Positions 28,124 to 36,674 of a stretch of DNA of 64,000 bases are shown piece by piece. The DNA is taken from the IMG/VR virus record IMGVR_UViG_3300030329_004647, positions 62,001 through 126,000 of that record. One strand, 5' to 3'. The notes under the pieces are model-generated. The model saw only the letters and a list, made by a program, of their open reading frames with translations, was not told the origin of the DNA and did not search any database. The translations under genes were made by a program, and so were the position numbers. Within the stretch, counting starts at the first letter, position 1. Each line of letters starts with the position of its first letter.

Positions 28124-28528
28124 TGGTGGAGGTGGGGGGTTTCGAACCCCCGTCTTGCTCATCTTCAAAAAATATCTATCCTACACGTTTAGTTTATTCT
28201 ACCTATTCGATTATTTCTACAGAATAAACAACCCTAAAAATAACCTAGACTATCTAATGTTTAACCACTCAAATAGCGAGAGTAGGATTGATTTGTGTAA
28301 ATGACATTTCATAATTAAAGGAACAAATCTTAAGACCCTTTAAAGAAATGGAACCATAGGATAACCTAGTTATGCTACAGTCACAGCTGACTCCTCACGG
28401 ACAAGTCCTAAAGTCGCCAACTTAGCAAGTGTTTTGCCAGTTAAAAAAATGAATCAGTTTTACAAGCTTAATTCAGGCTTGACGTGCTGATATCAATCGA
28501 CTGATGCCAATCAATTCCAGTCACCCCC
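28124..28528 (-). ncRNA. ssrA: tmRNA (405 nt)
   Basis: 5' GGGGGUGACUGGAAUUGA pairs with 3' CACCUCCACCA, with a G3-U alanine determinant and encoded CCA; T-arm GGGGGUUCGAAACCCCC; internal tag ORF at 28438-28370. Confidence 0.93.
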
Positions 28529-28543
28529 ATATTTTAAATATCT

Positions 28544-28744
28544 TTATAATGTTTGAGGGTCAACATTATTTTTTTCTTCATCTTTTTTAGCTTTAGCTTC
28601 CTCCATTGTTTTTTTATATGTTTCCATTAGAGTTTCCCTCATCTGCTCCATTTTCTTCATTGAAGCGTTTGCCTCCTGTAATTTTCTACTCTTCCAGGAA
28701 GCTAATTTTTTCTTGTGATTTTTTCTATGTCTTGATTTTGGCAT
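28544..28744 (-). CDS. small basic helical protein upstream of tmRNA
   Basis: MPKSRHRKNHKKKLASWKSRK...; sigma-A promoter at 28765-28796. Confidence 0.75.
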   Translation of the reverse strand: MPKSRHRKNHKKKLASWKSRKLQEANASMKKMEQMRETLMETYKKTMEEAKAKKDEEKNNVDPQTL

Positions 28745-28764
28745 GATTTTAAATTTTTATATTA

Positions 28765-28796
28765 CAAATATATACAAATTAATAAAAAGGACCAAA
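28765..28796 (-). promoter_or_regulatory. Bacteroidota sigma-A-type promoter
   Basis: TTTG (28796-28793), N20, TATATTTG (28772-28765). Confidence 0.7.
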
Positions 28797-28812
28797 TATT
28801 TATTAAAAGAAT

Positions 28813-31800
28813 ATGATATCAAATTTACACAAAATAGAAAGAAAGATTAATGTTTTAAACTCTATATATGAGGATAAGAGCCCTTCCTATAGATTAAAAG
28901 TACTTCACAAGAATTTAAATTTAAGTTTAAAAGAATGTGGAGTAATACTAAAAGAATCATCATCCACTAACCCAGACTATACTTATTTTTACGAAAACTT
29001 AGAAAAAAAGTTTAAAAAAAATTCATATAAGAACATAAGAGATATAATTTTTAATTATTTAAATGGGTGGATAATAGAAGAAGATATATTTTGGGTTTTT
29101 TACGTTGATTCAGGTGACGACATATTTCTAGACCCAACAGACGGGCCTGATAAATTAACCATAGTTTATCTTTTAACACAAAAAATACAATCTATTTTCC
29201 CTATAAGTGAAGACGAAGCATTTGAGATATCAAATGATTTTATAGACTTTAAATTAAACGAAGAAAAAACTAAAAGACTAGTAGAACAAAATCAGAAAAA
29301 AATTAATCCACCAGTACAACCAGGAGACTATATTAGGGTTATAGAGATAGACCATGATATGTTTCCACCAAGTGAATACGAACAAAATTATATGCCACCT
29401 GAACATTTAGAATTAGGTGAAGTACAAGAAGTATACCAAGAGGAGAATCCAATAGATGGGTCAGAAGTCACAATGTTAAGAGTTTATTTTCCAAACCTGG
29501 AATTTGATAGTGAAGATGTTATGGGTGGTGGAGGTCTAGAAGGTGGATATGATGATGGAGTTAGAGTTTTAGTGTTACCTTATGACACCTATATTAAAAC
29601 AGATGAGGTATTAACCGAACACGGTATCATAGGTGATAATAAACCGAACAGACCTAGAATACCTGATATTTTAAGAAAAAATTTAATTAGAGCAAGATTT
29701 GAAAGACCTGGAGGTTGGGGAAGAAATAGCGAACTTTTTATTTTATACCTAACTCCAGTAGGTAAAATTATGGACATCCAATTCGGAAGTACAACAAACG
29801 CTTCAGTATCCCCATTCCAAATAAACCAACAAGTAAGTTTTGGTGATTTATATAAATTTGAACAAGACTCTCCCTTTGATTTAAGAATGTTCGGAAGACT
29901 AAGAGAACAAGACGAACAAATGAGTTTATTTCCTACCGGAGACTGGGAATTTACAGTTGGTTTTGAAGATTACGCACTAGAAAACGGAGAAATGATTGCG
30001 GGTTCGGACCAAGATACCGCTGATTGGATAAGAAAAACAGCACCAGAAAGACTAGTAGCAAAAATCTTTAAAATGTGGGATGCTGGTGGAATAGACTTCT
30101 CCAACCTTAAGTTATTAGGATTACCAACTAACAGTGCTTTAATTACTTTTCTATTAAAACGATATATTAGAAATACTAAAAAACCTATTCCAGTTTCTTA
30201 TACATTTGATTGTGATGATTTAAGTGACCTATTTGATAAAGATAGTAGAGATTATAATTTAGATTATATTAAACAATATCTTTGTGGTGATGATAGTTTT
30301 TGGGATACTGACCTGTGGTATGGTAATGAGTGGAGTGATTATATGTCAGATGATATAGATGAAACAAATTGGAAAATTATAAGTGAAATTTTTGGAGGGG
30401 CATCACCATCAGATGCTGAAGATATATTAAACAGAAGTTCTTCTAGTGAAGAGGTAGACGAGTTAATAGAAAAATACGATGAGGAAATAGATGATATTAG
30501 AAATTTTGTAACCCAATCACATGATACAGCTATGGAAGATGCTACTAAAAGTGCGATGGCAGCAGATATTAAAGAAAAAATATTAGACCATTTTGGTGGT
30601 GGTAGCCAACATGATGGAAAAATCCAAGGAAAGTTATTTAGAAATGATAATGGAAAATTTAATTATGTGATTGAAGGGGATTTAAGGGATTTAGTTAACG
30701 AGGTGTGGGATAATACAGAAGACGTTTTTCAATTCCACCCAGATTATTCTAACACCACACTAGAAGACGCTTTAATGGAAATGGATGGAAGAACAATGGT
30801 TTCATATGATTTAGACCAACATTTATTTAGATTATTAATGGAAGAAGAATTTAAATTTTGGGACTACTGTGAAGGAAGATTGGGGGATTGTTTAGAGGTT
30901 GATACTAAATTTTTTGATGGTTACTGGCACCCAAGTTACGACATTAATGAATATCTCATTGACCGACTATATGAATTAATACCAGGACCAATACAAGAAC
31001 AGACAGAGAGGTATTTACAAAAAAAAGGAGACCAATTAACCCGTAAAGTTGTAAAAGACATTTTACATATATTAAAAACAGAAAAAGTTTTAGACGACCT
31101 TTATATCTTACCAGACCACGTTTCTGGCGTAGATGGAGACGAGTATACTAGGGGAGACTTAGAGTTTAATGTTACCCTTCATATTCTACAAAACCCAAAT
31201 CAAGATAGAGCTTTTATGGTCGATGCAAACATGGGCGGAGATTTTGATGATGAAATCGAGGTAATCATTAGTTTAGGCCCAAAGTTTGGACAAGGAGATT
31301 ATGAACAAGTACAAGGATTTTTAAATGATTATGTTCGTCACGAAATAGAACATGTTATAGACGCGTTAGAAGGTAATGAAGTAGAAACACCACAAGGTTT
31401 AAGTCCATTTGAATACTACACACAACCACATGAAGTTAGAGCACAAAAAGCTGGATTTAAAAGAAGAGCAAAAATAGAAAAAAGACCAGTTGAGGATATT
31501 GTTAAGGATTATATAGAATATAGGCAAAGTATAGATAAATTGACTGATGATGAAAAAAATGCATTAGTAACCCAACTAACCGAACAAGAAAAAAAAAGTA
31601 GATTCAAAACCATATACGAAAATGATAATTGGAAATATGTATGGCCAATAGGGGACGAGTCCTTTTGTGAAATAGCAAAGGGTACTAAATGGTGTGGGGA
31701 ATGGACTAAAGACCAGAACTGGTACCAGTCTATAGGTAGTAGTGGAACTCATTATATTTTAATAGATAAAAAAACTGGTGAAAAGTATAGTCTTGTAGAC

Positions 31801-33093
31801 CAAGAAAAGGTACCTGGAATGCCTAGTTATAAAGTAAGAATTTATGATAAGGATAGAGAATTCCTTAGTACACATAGATTTTTAGCGGACAAACCAACAC
31901 TACATGAATTGTTCAATCAATCCTATACCATGTTAGATAAATTAAGATATAATGTAGAAATTCCAAAAGAGGACTTAGATAATTTTTATAAAGAAACGAT
32001 AGAGCAGGATGTCTACGGAAGAGGAGAGGGTCACGAGAGCGCTAAACTTTTAGAGCTGGTATATAAAATTATAAAAGACCCAACCTTTGAGGGTCTTAAA
32101 CAACAATTAGAAGAAAACTATAATGGTGGGTTGACCGTATTAACTGAGGGTGATGTCCCAGTAATTAATAGTATGATTGCTGGTAAACAGTTTTTAAGTA
32201 TCTATCTTCCCGATGAGGATTTTAAGTCAGAGTGGATGAATATAGGTGATGATGATGATTATTATTTTGATTTAGCTGTAGACCGCTATTATAGTGAGGA
32301 CCATTGTGAAGAGATGGAGGAAGATGAAATTGCGTATATAGGGAGTTACATGAACAAAGAAAATATAAAAAAATTAAATAACCTTTCTGAAATTATTGGT
32401 GAACCAATAGGAGACTGGAGACAGGAATCTGAAATAGATGAGTATCTAACCAAATACTTTACCAAAGATTGGAACGACTATATATGGAGAATTGTGGAAC
32501 AGATTGGGTGTGCGGTAGGAAGAAACCGAGTTAAGGATATAAGAAAATTAGTGAAAGAGGGGTTACTTTTAGACGTGGATTATGTTGGTGCTAGAAACTA
32601 CGCAATGTGGAGAATAGATATAACATATCCTGAATTATTATACCTTGTAGGGATATATGGTGTGGATAATATAAAACAATTAGAAGACCATTCCATAAAT
32701 GACCTAGATGTAAATTTATATGACGCGTGGTGGGATAGTTGGTCTCTCGAAGGTGGTGAAGAAGATATTAATTGGGAAATGGGCAGATTCTTAGATAATG
32801 TAATGGAAGAATACGGTGATGACCTTAAAACTCTAGGTGAGAATGAAGAAAAATTTATGGAAACGATAAATAACTTAGGATTTACAAAACCCTATAGAGA
32901 ATGGCAACTAAAACAAGATGTTGAGGGAAGCAGTTACCAAAGGTCAATAATAATAAAAGATTGGGATTTAAAGAGTGGTAAAATACACATCCAGATACAA
33001 GAAAATGATGAACAAGGAAGATGGCAAACAAAACAACACCAAACCACTATTGATGAATTACCAACCTATGTTAATCAACACCAACTATTTTAA
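28813..33093 (+). CDS. 1426-aa multi-module protein (putative polyprotein) including an HExxH zincin-like module
   Basis: VRHEIEHVID...PHEVRA; a YENDNWKYVWP...GTKWC module; modules punctuated by LVEQ/LTEH/LREQ/IQEQ/LTEQ. Confidence 0.75.
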   Translation: MISNLHKIERKINVLNSIYEDKSPSYRLKVLHKNLNLSLKECGVILKESSSTNPDYTYFYENLEKKFKKNSYKNIRDIIFNYLNGWIIEEDIFWVFYVDSGDDIFLDPTDGPDKLTIVYLLTQKIQSIFPISEDEAFEISNDFIDFKLNEEKTKRLVEQNQKKINPPVQPGDYIRVIEIDHDMFPPSEYEQNYMPPEHLELGEVQEVYQEENPIDGSEVTMLRVYFPNLEFDSEDVMGGGGLEGGYDDGVRVLVLPYDTYIKTDEVLTEHGIIGDNKPNRPRIPDILRKNLIRARFERPGGWGRNSELFILYLTPVGKIMDIQFGSTTNASVSPFQINQQVSFGDLYKFEQDSPFDLRMFGRLREQDEQMSLFPTGDWEFTVGFEDYALENGEMIAGSDQDTADWIRKTAPERLVAKIFKMWDAGGIDFSNLKLLGLPTNSALITFLLKRYIRNTKKPIPVSYTFDCDDLSDLFDKDSRDYNLDYIKQYLCGDDSFWDTDLWYGNEWSDYMSDDIDETNWKIISEIFGGASPSDAEDILNRSSSSEEVDELIEKYDEEIDDIRNFVTQSHDTAMEDATKSAMAADIKEKILDHFGGGSQHDGKIQGKLFRNDNGKFNYVIEGDLRDLVNEVWDNTEDVFQFHPDYSNTTLEDALMEMDGRTMVSYDLDQHLFRLLMEEEFKFWDYCEGRLGDCLEVDTKFFDGYWHPSYDINEYLIDRLYELIPGPIQEQTERYLQKKGDQLTRKVVKDILHILKTEKVLDDLYILPDHVSGVDGDEYTRGDLEFNVTLHILQNPNQDRAFMVDANMGGDFDDEIEVIISLGPKFGQGDYEQVQGFLNDYVRHEIEHVIDALEGNEVETPQGLSPFEYYTQPHEVRAQKAGFKRRAKIEKRPVEDIVKDYIEYRQSIDKLTDDEKNALVTQLTEQEKKSRFKTIYENDNWKYVWPIGDESFCEIAKGTKWCGEWTKDQNWYQSIGSSGTHYILIDKKTGEKYSLVDQEKVPGMPSYKVRIYDKDREFLSTHRFLADKPTLHELFNQSYTMLDKLRYNVEIPKEDLDNFYKETIEQDVYGRGEGHESAKLLELVYKIIKDPTFEGLKQQLEENYNGGLTVLTEGDVPVINSMIAGKQFLSIYLPDEDFKSEWMNIGDDDDYYFDLAVDRYYSEDHCEEMEEDEIAYIGSYMNKENIKKLNNLSEIIGEPIGDWRQESEIDEYLTKYFTKDWNDYIWRIVEQIGCAVGRNRVKDIRKLVKEGLLLDVDYVGARNYAMWRIDITYPELLYLVGIYGVDNIKQLEDHSINDLDVNLYDAWWDSWSLEGGEEDINWEMGRFLDNVMEEYGDDLKTLGENEEKFMETINNLGFTKPYREWQLKQDVEGSSYQRSIIIKDWDLKSGKIHIQIQENDEQGRWQTKQHQTTIDELPTYVNQHQLF

Positions 33094-33909
33094 TCAATTA
33101 AGTAAACTCCAAGTAGTAGGTTTATGTTTATAACTGTACTTATTTTCTCCTAATATATTTAAAAGTCTTTCACCTAACTTTATAGCGTTCTCCACATCCT
33201 CGACAACTACATATTCATAATTAGAGTGCCAGCCATAATAACCCGCTGCAAAATTTAAACAACTAAAATCAAACATTTCTTTTAATACCATAGTATCCGT
33301 ATACGGGTGATTTAACCAGTCAGTAATTCCATGTTCTAATATAATATCTTTACACTTTTCGATAAAGTCACCATCTTCCTTATACAACTTTACACCCATT
33401 AAGGTTTTACTCATAGTATTATTTTCAGTAGAATCAAACTGTATAGCGTATCCTACATCTTTAAAAAATTCTTTATCCGCTTGTCTGGTTCCTTGACAAC
33501 CTGTTTCTTCAGCGACTGGAAAAAACACTTTAACATTATCTAATTTGTCTAATAACTCTAAACAAATAAAAACCCCAGCTTTGTCATCACCCCCTATACC
33601 ACATCTATTACCATCATTATCGGAATACGCAACTAAAGATAGTTTTTTTTCGTCTTGAGCATTTAAATGATACTCCTCTTTTACAGTATAGTCTTGGATT
33701 TCATGCACACTATCCAAATGAGCCACCAAACACGGAAAATGTTTAGCATTACCCTTAGTCACATAAATCGAACCAAGCTTATCTATCTTATAGGAATAAC
33801 CCTTTTTATCTAAAATACCTGTAACATATTCTATTAATAAGTCTTCTTCCCAAGTATAGGTAGGTACTGATAAAATATTTTTAAGTTTTTTTATTGTTTT
33901 TTTATTCAT
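33094..33909 (-). CDS. M20/M28/M42-clan zinc peptidase
   Basis: AHLDSVH, GGDDKAG, AEETGC, IQFD and YHS-like C-terminal His motif. Confidence 0.85.
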   Translation of the reverse strand: MNKKTIKKLKNILSVPTYTWEEDLLIEYVTGILDKKGYSYKIDKLGSIYVTKGNAKHFPCLVAHLDSVHEIQDYTVKEEYHLNAQDEKKLSLVAYSDNDGNRCGIGGDDKAGVFICLELLDKLDNVKVFFPVAEETGCQGTRQADKEFFKDVGYAIQFDSTENNTMSKTLMGVKLYKEDGDFIEKCKDIILEHGITDWLNHPYTDTMVLKEMFDFSCLNFAAGYYGWHSNYEYVVVEDVENAIKLGERLLNILGENKYSYKHKPTTWSLLN

Positions 33910-33913
33910 ACTA

Positions 33914-33945
33914 CAAAGATAAATAAAAATTTTAATATAAACAAA
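33914..33945 (-). promoter_or_regulatory. Bacteroidota sigma-A-type promoter (likely leaderless)
   Basis: TTTG, N20, TATCTTTG, TAGT, ATG. Confidence 0.8.
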
Positions 33946-33970
33946 TTATATTTATAATAAAACCTTTAAA

Positions 33971-34777
33971 ATGAAATTTATGATTAAAGAAGAGATAAAT
34001 AGAATTAAAAATTTAATGTTAGTTAATGAAGAAAATGAGATGGGTCAATATATGGATTCCACATATCTTAAAACATCCGAACAAGCAGGGATAGGAGATG
34101 AAGAAACAGAAGTAATTGTATTTAACACAATTAAAGATGCTATAGAACATAATATGAAATTAGTGATGTTAAGACCAGAATATGTTGAAGTAGCTCGTAA
34201 CCTTATAGATAGTGAAGGAGCAAATGTTTTAGTGGGTACGGTTATAGATTTTCCATATGGGAACGGTAGTGTAACTGATAAAGTACAAGAAGCTAAACAA
34301 GCTGTAAATAATGGAGCAGATGAATTAGATTTTGTAATAGATTATAGAGCTTATTTAAGAGGAAATGTAGAAAAAGTTAGTAGAGAGATTAAAGAAGGTT
34401 CTGAAATTGGATTAAAAAATGGAAAAACAGTAAAATGGATTTTAGAGACTGCAGCCTTAACTGAAGACCAAATAGGGGAATTAACTTCTATAATTAGAGA
34501 TGTGATTATTGACAATTTTGGTGAAGGTGAAGCCGCAAATGTTTTTGTAAAAACATCTACAGGATTTTTTACACCAGAAGGGGGTGGTCCTGGAGGAGCT
34601 ACTGAAGAAGCGGTATCTATTATGACAAATAACGCAGGTCCCTTAAAGGTTAAAGCATCTGGTGGTATTTATAGTCAGGACGATTTGAAAAAAATGGTGG
34701 GAGCTGGAGCAAGTCGTATAGGTACTTCAGCAGCTAAAGAAATAATGTTAGGTCAAAAAACAGAAAAGGATTATTAA
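33971..34777 (+). CDS. deoC: deoxyribose-phosphate aldolase with class A leader
   Basis: MDSTYLK, VGTVIDFPYG, GADELDFVI, KWILET, FVKTSTG (Schiff-base Lys), KASGGI, RIGTS. Confidence 0.93.
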   Translation: MKFMIKEEINRIKNLMLVNEENEMGQYMDSTYLKTSEQAGIGDEETEVIVFNTIKDAIEHNMKLVMLRPEYVEVARNLIDSEGANVLVGTVIDFPYGNGSVTDKVQEAKQAVNNGADELDFVIDYRAYLRGNVEKVSREIKEGSEIGLKNGKTVKWILETAALTEDQIGELTSIIRDVIIDNFGEGEAANVFVKTSTGFFTPEGGGPGGATEEAVSIMTNNAGPLKVKASGGIYSQDDLKKMVGAGASRIGTSAAKEIMLGQKTEKDY

Positions 34778-35664
34778 TGAAAAAGATAATTAAAAAAATA
34801 TTAAAAGAAGAGGTGGTAGATGTCACCCTATTCCAAGACGAAATATTCGACTTACCCCTAGAACAAAGAAAAGCTGTAATGAGTGGTTTGGAGGAGTTAT
34901 TGAAAAATAAAAATAATGATTCCGACTTACAAGAACAAATTTCTTACAAAGGTATTCCTGAAATAAAAGCTACAACCACATTTGGTAAAATTTTAAAATG
35001 GTTAAAAAGGTATATAACAGATAAAGCGACTAACTTTTTAATCAACGCCTCTATGAGTGAGGTTAAGGACACTATACAAATGTTAAAAGTTTTAGACCCT
35101 ACCGATATGCAAGGACTATTCAAACCAAAAGCAATGTATTTAGGAGGGGGGATTGATTTTGCTGAGGACGGAGCATCTTGGAGAACTAGAGTAGAGGAGT
35201 TCTATGGTCCAGACCATGTAGTTAAGGATGAACGACTACGTACATTAGTAACAACAGGAAAATTAAATTTTGGTGGTATAAAATATCCAGCTTTATTGAA
35301 TCCATTAAGAGCTGAAACGGTAAGAGCCGAAGACCCAACATTCCAGGAAATGTTTAAAAAATGGAAGGCAAATGAATTAAATGATGAAGACATGATTATA
35401 TTCCAGGAAAAAGTTAGAGAACAAATCGTACACCAAGATTTATATATGTTACAAGTTTGTGATACTAATCTAATTAGTTTTGATGGGACAGCGGGAGCTG
35501 GAACATTCGGTGAAGCTCAAATATCCGCCTTAAAAAATCAACAAGTTTTTATATGGTTAAATAAAGGTATGAAAATGTCTAATATTTCTCCTTGGTTATT
35601 TCCATCTATTACTAAAATATTAAAGGACGATGAACTATGGCCTTTCTTAAAACGACTAGGTTAA
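34777..35664 (+). CDS. nucleoside 2-deoxyribosyltransferase / dNMP N-glycosidase-like protein with N-terminal leader
   Basis: MYLGGGIDF...SWR, LNP, DLYMLQVCD, GAGTFGE pattern. Confidence 0.7.
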   Translation: MKKIIKKILKEEVVDVTLFQDEIFDLPLEQRKAVMSGLEELLKNKNNDSDLQEQISYKGIPEIKATTTFGKILKWLKRYITDKATNFLINASMSEVKDTIQMLKVLDPTDMQGLFKPKAMYLGGGIDFAEDGASWRTRVEEFYGPDHVVKDERLRTLVTTGKLNFGGIKYPALLNPLRAETVRAEDPTFQEMFKKWKANELNDEDMIIFQEKVREQIVHQDLYMLQVCDTNLISFDGTAGAGTFGEAQISALKNQQVFIWLNKGMKMSNISPWLFPSITKILKDDELWPFLKRLG

Positions 35665-36161
35665 TAATACTTAACCACCTTACGGTTTAAACTCCAAGTA
35701 AATTTATATTCTGCAGTAAACTTGTTATTGTTATGTTCTTTACAACATTTACCACAAGCTAACTCTCTTTTACTTTTTCTAGCGTAATACACATCCCTTT
35801 CACATTTAGGACAAGTAGCAATCCATTTCATTACCCTGGATTTATCAACACCACTATTACTAGTACATCTTTCACCACTACACCCAATAGACATAGCAAT
35901 TTTTCTCCAATTATTGTCATGATTAGAATAACCACGTTTTTTGTAATCCAAAGCGTGTGCGATTTCGTGTAAAATAGTATTTTTTACTCTAGACTCACTT
36001 GTTTCGTGTTGAGTCAAAGGTCTAGACAGTGAAAGAGTTTTAAGTCTACCATTATGACAACCAAATCTACGCACCGCTCTATCCCACTTAAAGGTGTAAT
36101 CAGATACTCCGTGTCTTCTCATTAGTTTAAGGGCCATATTTCTTGCTTTTTCTAAATTCAT
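35661..36161 (-). CDS. SprT-like zinc metalloprotease
   Basis: RRFGC, TILHEIAHAL, HDNNWRKIAMSIG, C-terminal CxxC...CxxC. Confidence 0.9.
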   Translation of the reverse strand: MNLEKARNMALKLMRRHGVSDYTFKWDRAVRRFGCHNGRLKTLSLSRPLTQHETSESRVKNTILHEIAHALDYKKRGYSNHDNNWRKIAMSIGCSGERCTSNSGVDKSRVMKWIATCPKCERDVYYARKSKRELACGKCCKEHNNNKFTAEYKFTWSLNRKVVKYY

Positions 36162-36622
36162 TTCTCAAAAGTTATTGTGTTAATTTTAATTCCGTCGTAA
36201 TGTCTACCACCTGTAATACCCATTAATTTTAGATAATCTTTAATTTCACCTTTTACTTTACTTCTTATTTCTTCTCTAATTCTTTTGTGACTTTGATATC
36301 CCCACGCAGGACTATAAGTAGATTCATATCCATCCCAGTAAGTTTTTTTACAACGAGTTAGTTTTTTAATATCTTGTTGAGTGTCATTATCACGGTCATA
36401 TCCTCTACCTGTACAGGCAGTACCCCTTACCTTCAAGTTTACTAATATTGTAGAGTACTCAGGATTGTAGATACTTCTATTACCCCACTCGTCGTCTAGT
36501 TTAATCCAAGTAATACGATATTCTATATTCATTCTCCCACCCCAGTGTTGATTTTCTCTGTTGTCAAAGGAGAATCTTTCTTCTTTAATAAGTCGTTGTA
36601 ATTTTTTAGGTAATGTTTTCAT
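36158..36622 (-). CDS. hypothetical protein
   Basis: 154-aa ORF; ATG 4 nt after the -7 box. Confidence 0.75.
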   Translation of the reverse strand: MKTLPKKLQRLIKEERFSFDNRENQHWGGRMNIEYRITWIKLDDEWGNRSIYNPEYSTILVNLKVRGTACTGRGYDRDNDTQQDIKKLTRCKKTYWDGYESTYSPAWGYQSHKRIREEIRSKVKGEIKDYLKLMGITGGRHYDGIKINTITFEK

Positions 36623-36626
36623 ACTA

Positions 36627-36657
36627 CAAAGATAATAAAAAAGTTTGTAGTATCAAA
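36627..36657 (-). promoter_or_regulatory. Bacteroidota sigma-A-type promoter (likely leaderless)
   Basis: TTTG, N19, TATCTTTG, TAGT, ATG. Confidence 0.8.
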
Positions 36658-36674
36658 ATATATAGGTATAAATT

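Noticed and set aside
28124-28160. tRNA-like T-arm and acceptor end (possible tRNA-Ala)
   Set aside because: The matching 5' acceptor strand is 405 nt away and there is no anticodon arm; this is the tRNA-like domain of tmRNA
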